Shown here: one piece after another, positions 48,258-61,770 of the stretch
Position numbering within the stretch: the stretch's first letter is position 1
Layout: every line of letters starts with the position of its first letter
Source: Eledone cirrhosa
Taxonomy: Eukaryota
Direction of reading: 5' to 3'
Length of the DNA: 64,000 nt
NCBI GenBank assembly: GCA_964016885.1
Contig: OZ024756.1
Coordinates: forward strand, 14,322,001 to 14,386,000
The notes under the pieces: generated by a model
The model's input: the letters and a program-made list of their open reading frames with translations, nothing else
Told to the model about the DNA's origin: nothing
Databases searched by the model: none
Position numbers and translations under genes: made by a program

Positions 48258-48260
<3 letters not shown>
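47420..48260 (+). mobile_element. 5'-truncated RTE/BovB-like LINE 3' end with three C2H2-type fingers; SINE A inserted at 47985-48170
   Basis: WENVAADRNKWRKTV motif; CSVC..GLESH, CQAC..GFERHAKVH, CRLC..GLKSHIRS; stop at 47893; (cat)n tail at 48260. Confidence 0.75.
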
Positions 48261-48343
<83 letters not shown>

Positions 48344-48769
48344 TGTGTGTGTGTCTGTGTGTGTAAGATAGGATAACTATAATTATAATAGAAAACAATA
48401 AACAATATTATACAATAAAGGATTAATAATCTAATCTAATCTGGCCGAGTTTACACTGGCAAATAAGCAGAACCAGGGCCACCCCTAGGAGTATTGGATT
48501 CAGTGTACTTTATATTTGTTTCGGTTGCTGAATACAATGAGGGGTCGCTGCTTCTCCTGAAGGTCAATAGTTCTCTTCTCACTCGAGCGGGGGCGCCTTT
48601 CCATTGTCAATTTGCATTGATCATCTGTAAAGCCACATTGTTCTCAGAACCACTACACCAGTCTTTCGATGCGTGCAGCTGGAACTACTGCCACCCATTG
48701 ATTTGGCAGGACATTTTAAATTAATTTATTTTTTTAATAATATATAGATAAATAGATAGATATCAGGAT

Positions 48770-48939
48770 TATACCAGCAAGACCATAATTGAGCAGAGTA
48801 CTCGATGCTTGAGATAGTAGAGTGTAAATATAGTAGAGAGTCAGGGCCTGACGGCTGAGCTCTTGCCGTTTCGACAGAAAATGCTAGACTTGAATTTGCT
48901 GTCGAAATGACAAGAGCTCAGCCGTCGGGCCTGACTGTC

Positions 48940-48945
<6 letters not shown>
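48770..48945. mobile_element. Fold-back mini-element in a TA context
   Basis: Arms about 48828-48879 / 48899-48946, with an ACTC...GAGTAC tail on the minus strand at 48797-48824. Confidence 0.6.
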
Positions 48946-48983
<38 letters not shown>

Positions 48984-49689
48984 ATACTTGGGGAGGGTCA
49001 TATTGTTGTAATAATATTGCTAGGAATAGTAACAGAACACACTCACTGTTTGGTTGGTTTTCGCTTCTGTATCTTTTATATCTCCATAGTTAATTTATTT
49101 GGCAATCAATGTTTATCATTGACTGACCAACGGTTAAAAATGCAGATATAAATATATATATCCAAAATTAAATTAAGGGTGTCATGTCTGAGAGACATGC
49201 GCCATATCCACTGTAGAATATGCTCAAAGATTCCAATGAACAGATCCGAGCATTTATATCAACTAGAAATATATATATATATGGAGATATAAAAATTACA
49301 GAAGCGAAAACCAACCAAACAGTGAGTGTGTTGTTATTATTTCTGGCTATATATATATATAGTAATAATAATAAATGTGAAGACTAAATGTGAAGAGGGT
49401 TCGATAAGGATAATATATATATAAAATCGTAGAGCAAATATTTATTAAAATAACAGATTAAAGTTTAAGCAAAGTTAAGGGTGAAAGCAGCGATTCTTTT
49501 CTTAAACTTTAATCTGTTATTTTAATACATATATATATATTAGAATATGTTTAAAATACTGTAGCATTTAAAATATTCAAACCTTAACTGCTTGAGTACT
49601 CAATAATGGAGAGTAAAGTGTAGAAATGTTCTACTCAGAAAGTATATATATATACACTAGTATTTGCAAACACGAGGAAAAGGTGCTCA

Positions 49690-50830
49690 CTCCCAAAGCA
49701 TAGTATAATATTTATTTATTACTGAGATGTCAAGCCTTCTCAGTAAAGCGTATGTTAAGAGTCTGGCAAAGAAGTGTAAAGATATTGTCGAGTCCAAGCT
49801 AGCTAACAAATAGTGTGGTTTTTGCCCAGATTTGGCACAGCCAACCAAATTTTCACTCTGGGGCAGGTCTTCAAGCAATTGTGTGACTATTGCCAAGAGT
49901 TGTATGCTTGTTTCGAAAACGCACACAATCATGAGCCATGGAACTTGTGGAAGTTTCTGCAGAAGTTTGAGGTCGATGGACAGCTTTTTGAATGTCCCAG
50001 TATTTGCGTTCGGATAAAATCGAAACCATTCAATGTGGGTGTCGAAGTTTGCCAAAGGTGCTTATTACGTCTCCTGTTCATAAACTTCATGCACTGGATA
50101 GGGTTGTTACCGAGTGCTGCACAACAGGAATGAATATCAGTGTTTCAAAAACTGAGACATTGGTCCTTTCGCAAAACAAGTGCACTCTACATATGAATGG
50201 GGTTTTACTGAAGTATTTAGAGAAGTTCAAGTATCTCGGGGTCGTTTTCACGAGTGATGGAAGACAGGCCGCTGAATTAAATGGAAGATCTGCTAAACCT
50301 GGTGCCGTAATGTGCCACCTTCATCACTCGGTCATCAGAAGAGGGTTTGGTGAAAAAGCCAAACTTGTTATCTTTAGTACGGTATTCATGCCTACCCTTG
50401 CCTATGGTCATGAATCTTGGGAAATGCCAGAAAGAATACGATCGCGAATACAAGCGACCAAAATGGGATTCCCCCGAAGGGTCTTTGGAGTAAAGTTATT
50501 CGATAAGATGTGTAGATCAAAGATCAGAGAGTCACTCAAGGTAAAGCCGCTACTTCTCCGAATCGTGAGATCACAGCTCTGGCACTACGGACATGTGGTT
50601 AGAATGTTTAAGGAAAGAATCACAGGACAGATTTTACAGACAGAACCCAATAGCTGGAGATCCAGAGGCAGAACACGAGCAAGATGGTTGGATAGCATCG
50701 GTTGGAGATCGATTGGTCTCGGTTGGGGATCCAACCGTATCAGTTGCTTACAATAGAACTTTCTGGAAGACGTGTTTGACGACTGTACTTCTCCACATCT
50801 CTTCCAAGAGTAAGTGGGCGAAGAAGAAGA
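49690..50830 (+). pseudogene. Degenerate RTE-clade LINE reverse transcriptase
   Basis: CGF...GTANQIFTL; GMNISVSKTE; LEKFKYLG; PTLAYGHESW; SQLWHYGHVVRM; RSRGRTRARWLD. Contains frameshifts and deletions; (aag)n tail. Confidence 0.9.
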
Positions 50831-51291
50831 AATTATTGAGTTTAATCGTTATTGCTACTCCGAGTTTCGCGATTGCTTGTCAATCATGTAGCTATTGGCA
50901 ATATTACAAAGCTCACTATATGGCTAATATTTGGGGCGAAAGCGTTAAGAGGGAAACTATAAATAAGAATTAAAAATTATTATATAATCCTAAGGAGTTT
51001 CTCTGAATATTAAGAATTTAAATAAGTGTGCGCGTGGAAGAATTATTACTATATTTAGAGTTTTGTGTCAATGAAACTTGATATAAACTTTTTTCTCGAA
51101 GAAAGAGGCCTCTCGTTGCCGTATTGAGGGGTCTATTTTTATTACTGAGAGCCCCAATTTCGTAGATATTTCATTAGGGAACACAAATGAAAAATAGAAT
51201 GATGTTACAGTCTATATCTGGTAACGTATTTATTGTTTTACGATGATAGGGGTGAAGTGTACTCTAATACATGAAACATTAAATATATGAT

Positions 51292-51329
<38 letters not shown>

Positions 51330-51330
<1 letters not shown>

Positions 51331-51514
51331 TAGATGTGATTCTACAGGACTAGAACTGTTTCATTCTTTAGAAATCATCAGAGATTCCTGATGATTTCTA
51401 AAGAATGAAACAGTTCTAGTTCTGTAGAATCTCATCTATATTAAAACTTTTATACTCTGCTTTGTATTGAGTTCTTTACTTACTGTGGTTACCTCCGATT
51501 CAACCCGGAATAAC

Positions 51515-51516
<2 letters not shown>
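51330..51516. mobile_element. Fold-back mini-element with hammerhead; sister copy 58927-59120
   Basis: Arms 51330-51381 / 51388-51439. The tail ...ctccgattcaacccggaataacg is followed by (TA)n in both copies. Confidence 0.85.
51381..51433 (+). ncRNA. Complete type I hammerhead ribozyme
   Basis: gagattc CTGATGA t-ttc-taaa-gaa-t GAAA cag-ttctagtt-ctg TA gaatctc: 7-bp stem I, 3-bp stem III and a GUA cleavage triplet. Confidence 0.82.
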
Positions 51517-51550
<34 letters not shown>

Positions 51551-51805
51551 TACATATATATATATAATTCTTTAGCTATAAACAAAAACAAAACAGAGTG
51601 CTCAATATATGTAGTAGAGATTGTAGCGTTTATTAGTTTAACAGGTGATGATTCATCCCGGAGATAGTCAGAGTTTCGCAGTATGTGAACTCTTTAAGGC
51701 GCCGACGAGCTGAACGTTACCTGTAAGACCACAGATGGCGAAAACTTCTAAATTGGAAAGGAGTCAAACATCAGCTGTTTCATAAAGTTTATGTGTCTGT
51801 GTGCG

Positions 51806-51868
<63 letters not shown>

Positions 51869-52695
51869 GGGGGGGGGGTTGTCTCTCGGAATACTTGCAT
51901 GTCTATCCGCTTGTGTCGCCTCTTTCAGCTTGTAAGGAATGACATTCCAAACACAGACACACACAATACAAACGTAAGAATTATTTGAAACATCCCACAC
52001 CCACACTCTAAAAAAGGACGAAAAATATACAACCACAAAATCAGACTTATAGAAAGGAGGGAGGGTGAGAGAGAGGGGGAGAGAATGAAAGAGTGAGAGG
52101 GAAAGATAATGAAAGAGAGAGAGAGAAGGGAGATAATGAAAGAGAGAGAGAAGGGAGATGATGAAAGAGAGAGAGAGAGAGAAGGGAGAAAATGAAAGAG
52201 AGAGAGAAGGAAGAGAAAGAAAGATATTAAAAAATAAGACAAATAAATAAATATATAAAAGTTCTTATTAATGAAAGTCATGTTCACCTTACAAAGTCGT
52301 TGTGCGCACGCGCAATCAAGGTTTTTCCATTTGTTTTGTTATTTTTTTCTTTCATTTTTGTGTTCTTTTTTAGCACATTTCATCTTAACACATTTCATCT
52401 TTAGCGAGGGGAAAGGAAATCTTTTTTAGCAGACGACTACCTGTAAAGCACATCATCTGTCCTCTCTCTGGTACATCATACTATACTAATATACGGTGTA
52501 GTATATAACATAGTATTAGATAATACCATACTATAAAGTACATATAACATAGTATAAACATTATCATACTATTTAGGACGTACCATACTATATAGATAGT
52601 ATCATATAGTATCCTACAGAAAAATATAATATTAGAATAAGCTATTCAAATAGCCAGCCGGTCATCATTAAAAAAAGGAAAACCTAAAAACAAAA

Positions 52696-52794
52696 ATGGC
52701 GTACCGTTTGCTTGATGATTTCGATACGCACGATAATGGTTACAAAACCACATATACAACTACAAGACGAACAGTAAGATCGTCTAATGATTTG
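52696..52794 (+). CDS. Probable alternative first coding exon, MAYRLLDDFDTHDNGYKTTYTTTRRTVRSSNDL
   Basis: AAAAATGG start context after an A-rich leader, and a strong donor TTG|GTAAGA in phase 0. It could instead be the start of a separate downstream gene. Confidence 0.7.
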
Positions 52795-53113
52795 GTAAGA
52801 AGACCCCATATTAATTTATATCGATTTCTATTGTTTTGCTGTACACAGTATATATATATATATATATTATTTAAAACATCACAATATATATATATATATA
52901 TATTGTGATGTTTTAAATAATATATAAGCTTTATTATAATGTATTATTGCATATCTATTATGTATTTTATATATATTACATATTGTGCATTATATGTATC
53001 TATGTATGTATGTATACTTAATACCCAGACTATATAATTATATATTTTATATGCATATATAGTTATAAGTATTTATATATTTCCTCTATATTTAACAGAT
53101 ATTTATAAAAGAA

Positions 53114-53180
<67 letters not shown>

Positions 53181-53253
53181 TATACATACGCATTGTTATA
53201 ATTGTTATATATATATGCACACATATGAACAGAGCTATTTGTATACATGCGTG

Positions 53254-53285
<32 letters not shown>

Positions 53286-53459
53286 TGTATGTATGTATAT
53301 AGGGCGAGGGATATGTATGGATATACATATGCATGGTATATATATATATATATATATATATATGCATTGTGATATGTGTGTGTATGTATGTATATATATA
53401 TATATACATATGTATTGTGTGATATGTGTATGTATAATTAGTGTGAGTATATGTATGTA

Positions 53460-53490
53460 TATATATATATATAGTATGAGCATATGTATG

Positions 53491-53541
<51 letters not shown>

Positions 53542-53555
53542 TGAGCATATGTATG

Positions 53556-53592
<37 letters not shown>

Positions 53593-53606
53593 TGAGCATA
53601 TGTATG

Positions 53607-53645
<39 letters not shown>

Positions 53646-53663
53646 TGAGCATATGTATGTATG

Positions 53664-53714
<51 letters not shown>

Positions 53715-53774
53715 GTATGAGCATATGTATGTATGTATATATATATATATATATATATATAGTATGAGCATATG

Positions 53775-53811
<37 letters not shown>

Positions 53812-53862
53812 TGAGCATATGTATGTATATATATATATATATATATATAGTATGAGCATATG

Positions 53863-53905
<43 letters not shown>

Positions 53906-54073
53906 TGAGCATATGTATGTATATATATATATATATATAGTATGAGCATATGTATGTATATATATATATATATATATAGTATGAGCATATGTATGTATAT
54001 ATATATATATATATATATAGTATGAGCATATGTATGTATATATATATATATATATATATAGTATGAGCATATG

Positions 54074-54108
<35 letters not shown>

Positions 54109-54135
54109 TGAGCATATGTATGTATATATATATAT
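53460..54135. repeat. Minisatellite: constant GTATGAGCATATGTATG unit separated by variable-length (TA)n
   Basis: About 14 copies. Confidence 0.95.
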
Positions 54136-54139
54136 ATAT

Positions 54140-54490
54140 TATATAAAAATAAAATAAAATGCTAATGTTACATAAATCGTTTGATCATTATAATTATTTC
54201 CACGGTTCTCCCATGCAGTCGAGAAGTCCTTCATGCATTTGTTGTTGATATGCTGCGGCAGGAAAGCACACACGTCCTTACCAGCAGAAGGACGTGTGTG
54301 CTTTCCTGCCGCAGCATATCAACAACAAATGCATGAAGGACTTCTCGATTGCATGGGAGACCCGTGGAAATAATTATAATGGTTAAACGATTTATGTAAC
54401 ATTAGCATTTTATTTTGTTATTTTTATAAAAATCTCCATCGTAACTAAAAACTGCGATTGCTGAGAGCTTTCTCCTACTTGCGCCTGTTT
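54140..54490. mobile_element. Fold-back mini-element (about 140-bp arms)
   Basis: Arms about 54141-54279 / 54288-54430, with a GAAA-taatta-TA hammerhead 3' half at 54367-54378 and an unduplicated tail. Confidence 0.7.
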
Positions 54491-54532
54491 TTACCAAAAA
54501 CATTCTTTTCGAAACACAATATTATATATACA

Positions 54533-54826
54533 TGGAGGTTGACTTTGCCTTTCATCCTTACGGGGTCGATAAAATAAAGTACCAGTAATACACTGGGTAA
54601 TTGCTGGCCTTGTGCCTAACGTAGAAACAATTATATATACATGGAGGTGAATTGACAGTATCGGTAGAGGGTCGGACATGCTTTCCAGCATAGTTACGTC
54701 CCTTTATGATCCGAGTTCAAATCCCTCTAAGGTTAACTTTGCCTGTCATCCATACGGGGTCGATAAAATAAAGTACCAGTAATGTACTGGGAAATTGCTG
54801 GCCTTGTGCCAAAAGTAGAAACAATG
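54533..54826 (+). mobile_element. Two SINE family A copies
   Basis: Core and tail matches. Confidence 0.88.
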
Positions 54827-54894
54827 TTATATATACATATATAATATATAATGGAAAAAAATGAAATTTCATTTCTCACTCTTAGTACGGCTGA

Positions 54895-55370
54895 TACATA
54901 TATTTACATACATATATATATTTATATATATATTACATACATATATATATTTATATATATATTACATACATATATATATTTATATATATATTACATACAT
55001 ATATATATTTATATATATATTACATACATATATATATTTATATATATATTACATACATATATATATTTATATATATATTACATACATATATATATTTATA
55101 TATATATTACATACATATATATATTTATATATATATTACATACATATATATATTTATATATATATTACATACATATATATATTTATATATATATTACATA
55201 CATATATATATTTATATATATATTACATACATATATATATTTATATATATATTACATACATATATATATTTATATATATATTACATACATATATATATTT
55301 ATATATATATTACATACATATATATATTTATATATATATTACATACATATATATATTTATATATATATAG
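54895..55370. repeat. About 29-bp minisatellite (tatatattacatacatatatatatttata)
   Basis: About 16 near-identical copies. Confidence 0.95.
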
Positions 55371-56184
55371 CTATTTATATGCATGTGTGTATGTATTTAT
55401 AGATAACGTTATTTCCGTAAATAACGAAGGTAGTAGGACATATTCTTACAGTAGGTGAAACACAAAAGAGGGGGGGGGGGCGAGTATATGAGTGTGTGAC
55501 TGCTTGTGTGTGAGTGTATGTGTATGTGCAGGAGTCTATATGCATGTATGTGTCTGTGTATCAGTATATGTTGTGTGTGTGTGTGTATACGTGCTTGTTC
55601 GTGTGTGTGTGTTGTAATGTGGAAGTCATTTCGAGGGCATTGAGCAGACAATAACTTATCTCTCACTATGCTACGAGGTTTTTAGATCTGGGGGGTTAGA
55701 TAACAGGGAGTGAGGTCAGCGTAACGGTTTCGTCTCCAGCTAGGAACCAGATAACCCTTTTTTTTTTAAACCTATATTTTGAATTATTTTGAGAAAGGCA
55801 TCAACATCACACAAATCTCATTCTACAACACTTTGTACATAAGTAATTGAACTAAACAAAATAGAATAATGGTGAACCCTAGATAGACTCGTACACTGTT
55901 CATTTTCCTGACATTTGTACATTATTCTATGTACTATACATGCACCTTTGATGAGTTGTAGTGCACCTGAGCACTGTACACAATAATTTCATTATTATTA
56001 TTATATATCGTGTAGTTGGTTCCATTCTAGTGAGAAGCTAAGTTTGTTAGTTTCTTTGTTTCGGTTTACTTTTGACATTTTAAAAATAATTTTTACTTTG
56101 ATACCCATGTGTTCTGCCATGAGCACTTAATTCTCGATTGAGTTCTAGGGACGCCGTAGTGATTGATATACAGCGTGACTTGGG

Positions 56185-57105
56185 TATTTAAACTCCGTGG
56201 ACCCCATCCCTCTCCAGGTGTAAAGACTGTCGTTATTTAAACCCCGTGGACCCCCGTCCCTCTCCAGGTGTAAAGACTGTCGTTATTTAAACCCCGTGGA
56301 CCCCCGTCCAGGTGTAAAGACTGTCGTTATTTAAACCCCGTGGACCCCCGTCCCTCCCCAGGTGTAAAGACTGTCGTTATTTAAACCCCGTGGACCCCCG
56401 TCCAGGTGTAAAGACTGTCGTTATTTAAACCCCGTGGACCCCCGTCCCTCTCCAGGTGTAAAGACTGTCGTTATTTAAACTCCGTGGACCCCCGTCCTTC
56501 TCCAGGTGTAAAGACTGTCGTTATTTAAACTCCGTGGACCCCCGTCCCTCTCCAGGTGTAAAGACTGTCGTTATTTAAACTCCGTGGACCCCCGTCCTTC
56601 TCCAGGTGTAAAGACTGTCGTTATTTAAACTCCGTGGACCCCCGTCCTTCTCCAGGTGTAAAGACTGTCGTTATTTAAACTCCGTGGACCCCCGTCCCTC
56701 TCCAGGTGTAAAGACTGTCGTTATTTAAACTCCGTGGACCCCCGTCCTTCTCCAGGTGTAAAGACTGTCGTTATTTAAACTCCGTGGACCCCCGTCCTTC
56801 TCCAGGTGTAAAGACTGTCGTTATTTAAACTCCGTGGACCCCCGTCCCTCTCCAGGTGTAAAGACTGTCGTTATTTAAACTCCGTGGACCCCCGTCCCTC
56901 TCCAGGTGTAAAGACTGTCGTTATTTAAACTCCGTGGGCCCCCGTCCCTCTCCAGGTGTAAAGACTGTCGTTATTTAAACCCTGTGGTCCCCATCCCTCT
57001 CCAGTTATAAAGACTTTATTTAAACTCCGTGGACCCCATCCCTTTCCAGGTGTAAAGACTGTCGTTATTTAAATCCTGTGGACCCCATCCCTCTCCAGGT
57101 GTAAC
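56185..57105. repeat. 50-bp GC-balanced minisatellite (about 18 copies)
   Basis: ttatttaaactccgtggacccccgtccctctccaggtgtaaagactgtcg head-to-tail with no spacers; two 43-bp deletion variants. Confidence 0.97.
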
Positions 57106-58724
57106 CACAGTCGGTATCTTCCAGTGAATGAGAGATCGAGAAAGTGGGGACAAGGACAGTGGAAGCATTTCTGAATAGGGGTTGGTGGGGTTTGGCCAAT
57201 TTAGTTGTGATTAGTTTAGCTGTTATTAAAAATCAACCAGGATATAAAAAATATTTTGATATGCAATAAACATAACATGTAAATAAGTTGTAGCGTATGA
57301 AGTTTGTGGGGGAGAAATATAATTATTGGGAGAACTATGGCCATATTTTGGTGCCTCTGTTAAGTAGGGTGAACATAACATGTGAACCTAAGTCGAAACT
57401 GTATGCCGGTTTCGATTTAATCTTGAAGTCAATTCACTTCACTAAGGTCTCTGATGCTAGTGATGCGGTATGGCATGACCACTGTGGTTAGTTCGCCATA
57501 CACCAAGCCTCAAAGTTTTGCCACTGGCTGGTCACTTGATTTGCTAGAAATCGCAACCAAATTTCGCTTAAATCCCAACCCTACCTTCCTATAAAATAAA
57601 GTACCAGTAATACACTGGGATAAGTGCTGGCCTTGTGCCAAAAGTAGAAACAAATATATTAGATAAGGTATTCTCAGCTACATGACATGGATTTTGGTCA
57701 TATTTTGGATCTACTTAATCCAGGCTCACTCGGGGATAGCTTCAGGATCCTATTGTTCAGGCCTCTTCATTTACGTCACCGATATGGGCAATGCATAAAT
57801 ACCACAGTACGGCATTTAATGTCTTAAACTATAAAAATAAATCTGAGGTAACGTGTCTTTCTGTGAGACAAGAGCCGGAAGTATAAGTGTGAGATGTGTC
57901 CCCTTCACCCAGAGGCTGCCTGTGCCACTTCACTTGGAGTGACATAGGATAGGCATGACAACCACAACTTCACATTCCCAGTCACTAAGCTATAAGGCCT
58001 CGCGTCTTTTTTTTTTTTTATTCGAAAGAAACTACTATAGACGATGAGGTCGACATACCTCTACATATACAATCACCTCCTCTCTACCTTTCTAAACAAT
58101 TCCACAGACACACACTTCTCATATACACTCTTCATCCCCATCTTTCTTACAAACGCAGCCATCCTGGTTTCAAATGCCAAAGCCTCTAAACAGCACATAT
58201 ATTACTAGCAAAGGGTAAATGATTATATTCCTTCCACACAAGTACACAGACATGCACACTCACTCCAATGAAGAATGTCTAAAGTTGGCAACTTTCCAAA
58301 GCAACTGTGGAAATGTTTAGTATGAAAGACATATGAGTCAGACAAACCTAGTTCCTACTCACCTGTTCTATCTTACCTAATTTACCATATTTACCTGGAA
58401 TTTCTTGCTGTAATAGGAATGTTTGGAGTGGTGGGGGTGGTGATGGGTGGGGGGGAGTACAGTGGGCTGGATTATGGTAGTAGAAGTCGTGTCGAGCGGG
58501 CTGGATGGTAGTGGAGTTTTATTTTATTTTTTTTTTTTTAACCTGAAGTGGGAGCTTGAAAGAAACTGTAGGAAATAAACAAACACACACACACACACAC
58601 ACACACATACGGGTACACACACATACGCATACACACAACACATGGGTACACAAGTATTTTAGCACATGCATGAGCACGTGCTCATGCGCATACACAAAAG
58701 CATGCATGCATATAACACACACAT

Positions 58725-58893
58725 AGTATCGTTAGAGGGCCTGGCGCCATGCTTTGCAGCAAAGAGTTACGGCCCTTTATGGTCTGAGTTCAAATCCTGC
58801 AGAGGTTAATTTTGCCTTTCATCCTTACGGGGTCGATAAAATAAAGTACCAGTAATACACTGGATTAATTGCTGGCCTTGTGCCAAAAGTAGA

Positions 58894-58897
<4 letters not shown>
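58725..58897 (+). mobile_element. SINE family A
   Basis: Match to family consensus. Confidence 0.88.
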
Positions 58898-58926
<29 letters not shown>

Positions 58927-58929
<3 letters not shown>

Positions 58930-59120
58930 TTAATATAGATGAGATTCTACAGGACTAGAACCGTTTCATTCTTTAGAAATCATCAGGAATCCTGATGATT
59001 TCTAAAGAATGAAACAGTTCTAGTCCTGTAGAATCTCATCTATATTAAAACTTTTATACTCTGCAATGTATTGAGTACCTTACTTACTGTGGTTACCTCC
59101 GATTCAACCCGGAATAACGT
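58927..59120. mobile_element. Fold-back mini-element with two mirror hammerhead cores (CTGATGA at 58992 + and 58980-58986 -)
   Basis: Same family as 51330-51516; (TA)n on both sides. Confidence 0.85.
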
Positions 59121-59462
59121 ATATATATATATATAGGGATGGTGGAAGCATTCTTGAATTGGGGTGGCCAAATTTGGTAAATTTAGTTGTAGGGATTAGT
59201 TTAGCTGTTATCAAATGGATTGGCAGTATTGGTAGAGGCTCGGACGCCTTGCTTTTCAGCATAGAGTTGAGTTACAGCCCTTTACAATCTGTGTTCAAAT
59301 CCCGCCGAAGTTAACTTTGTCTTTCATCCTTACGGGGGTCGGTAAAATAAAGTACCGATAAAATACCTTAACGGTTCAAGTTTTCCTTGACTATCCAAGG
59401 AAAACTTGATCCGTTAAGGTATATTTTCCATGGTTATGTCAAAATTTATAAAGCACACTTCG

Positions 59463-59523
59463 TATTTTATCTGATGAAAGCGTACCAAATTTTTGGTACC
59501 CTTGAAATATATATAATAGAATA
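59463..59523 (+). ncRNA. Type I hammerhead ribozyme
   Basis: tattttat CTGATGA aagc-gtacca-aattt-ttggtac-cctt GAAA tatata TA atagaata; same family as 8064-8129. Confidence 0.78.
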
Positions 59524-59662
59524 AATATGGTTTTATAAATATAGTTTCCATTTATTTAATATCATTGAATATTAAACTCCACAAAATCTTGTCGAGTGCT
59601 CTGAATCAGTTATAAACATTTATATTTGTTGAATTACCAACAAATTGAATATCCCTTCTGCT

Positions 59663-59701
<39 letters not shown>

Positions 59702-59941
59702 GAAAGCTAGATACTAGAAATAAGGTAGTAACTATGTACGTATATATATATATATATGTAGGAGGTGAGTTTTATTGTAGCACAATAAAGCAATGCAAAT
59801 ATCGGATAAGTAGCACTCTACAACTTGTAGGACTGGAGTATAAATAATATAAGATCAAAAGATGGTTAAAAGAGTTCCAAGTATGTTGATTTAAAACTTC
59901 ACTATTCACAAGTGCTTTTTAAGCTTCATATCATGTCTCCC

Positions 59942-60012
59942 TATTTTATCTGATCAGAACGCAGATATCATCCCATGATGATATTTGTTTTTGAAATGCG
60001 CATAATAAAATA
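59942..60012 (+). ncRNA. Hammerhead ribozyme with one core mutation, inside a fold-back element at 59758-60050
   Basis: tattttat CTGATCA gaacgcagatatcat-ccc-atgatgatatttgttttt GAAA tgcgca TA ataaaata; inverted arms about 59848-59879 / 60015-60046. Confidence 0.65.
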
Positions 60013-60057
60013 CATGGAACTCTTTTAACCATCTTTTGATCTTGTATTATATATATA

Positions 60058-60248
60058 AGGGCGGTGGATTGGCAGTATCGGTAGAGGGTCGGACGCCATG
60101 CTTTGACGCATAGAGTTACGGCCCTTGCCATTCTGAGTTCAAATCGCGCCGAGGTTAACTTTGCCTTTCATCCTTACGGGGTCGATAAAATAAAGTACCA
60201 GTAATGTACTGGGTAATTTCTGGCCTTGTGCCAATAGTAGAAACAATT
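60058..60248 (+). mobile_element. SINE family A, full length
   Basis: Match to family consensus. Confidence 0.9.
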
Positions 60249-60514
60249 ATATATATACATATATATATATGTATATATATGTATATTATAGTCGTGAATT
60301 GCATCAGTCTTAATTTGCTCCTTCTCATCCCTAAGGATCAAATATATATATATATATATATATATACATACATACATGTATATTTTTATATATATATACA
60401 CATACACGCACACAAACATCTCTATCCATAAATAGACACACGCGTATAAAATGTGTGTGGGCTCACACATGTTCGTGCATACGCACGTGTCTGTGCGTAT
60501 GTGTATATGTTTGT

Positions 60515-61275
60515 ATGACTGTATGTGTGTATGTTTGTGTGTTTGTATGTATGTGTGTACATGTGGTGTACGTGAGTGTATGTGTGTTGGTGAGTGTATG
60601 TGTGTATGTTTGTGTGTTTGTATGTATGTGTGTACATGTGGTGTACGTGAGTGTATGTGTGTTGGTGAGTGTATGTGTGTATGTTTGTGTGTTTGTATGT
60701 ATGTGTGTACATGTGGTGTACGTGAGTGTATGTGTGTTGGTGAGTGTATGTGTGTATGTTTGTGTGTTTGTATGTATGTGTGTACATGTGGTGTACGTGA
60801 GTGTATGTGTGTTGGTGAGTGTATGTGTGTATGTTTGTGTGTTTGTATGCATGTGTGTACATGTGGTGTACGAGAGTGTATGTGTGTTGGTGAGTGTATG
60901 TGTGTATGTTTGTGTGTTTGTATGCATGTGTGTACATGTGGTGTACGAGAGTGTATGTGTGTTGGTGAGTGTATGTGTGTATGTTTGTGTGTTTGTATGT
61001 ATGTGTGTACATGTGGTGTACGTGAGTGTATGTGTGTTGGTGAGTGTATGTGTGTATGTTTGTGTGTTTGTATGTATGTGTGTACATGTGGTGTACGTGA
61101 GAGTATGTGTGTTGGTGAGTGTATGTGTGTTGGTGAGTGTATGTGTGTACGTGAGTGTATGTGTGTTGGTGAGTGTATGTGTGTATGTTTGTGTGTTTGT
61201 ATGTATGTATGTATGTGTGTACATGTGGTGTACGTGTGTGTATGTGTGTGTGTGTTGGTGAGTGTGTATGTGTGT
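60515..61275. repeat. 66-bp TG-rich minisatellite (about 10 copies)
   Basis: gtgtatgtgtgttggtgagtgtatgtgtgtatgtttgtgtgtttgtatgtatgtgtgtacatgtggtgtacgtga-type unit. Confidence 0.95.
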
Positions 61276-61487
61276 GTAGGTACAGAAACAAGTAAATGAA
61301 ATATAGATGTGTAGTTGGTTAAAAAAACAAATTATGGAAAATAGATTTATATTTGTAACAGATTTATTTATTAGTTTTAGTTTTTATTTTTCTTGTTAAT
61401 TCCTCCGCCGCCGCCGCCAACAGCAGCAGCAGCAGTATTGCAACACATGGAAACGATTAGGTTGGGTAACGTTACGATATATGTTAT

Positions 61488-61770
<283 letters not shown>

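Noticed and set aside
53460-54135. Repeat-spacer pattern
   Set aside because: The spacers are only variable-length (TA)n, so this is a slippage-derived minisatellite.
56185-57105. CRISPR-like array
   Set aside because: The repeats are contiguous with no unique spacers, the context is eukaryotic, and there are no cas genes.
57660-58000. Possible CR1/L2 LINE 3' remnant on the minus strand (also about 55680-56000)
   Set aside because: Too degraded to support with recognisable motifs by eye.
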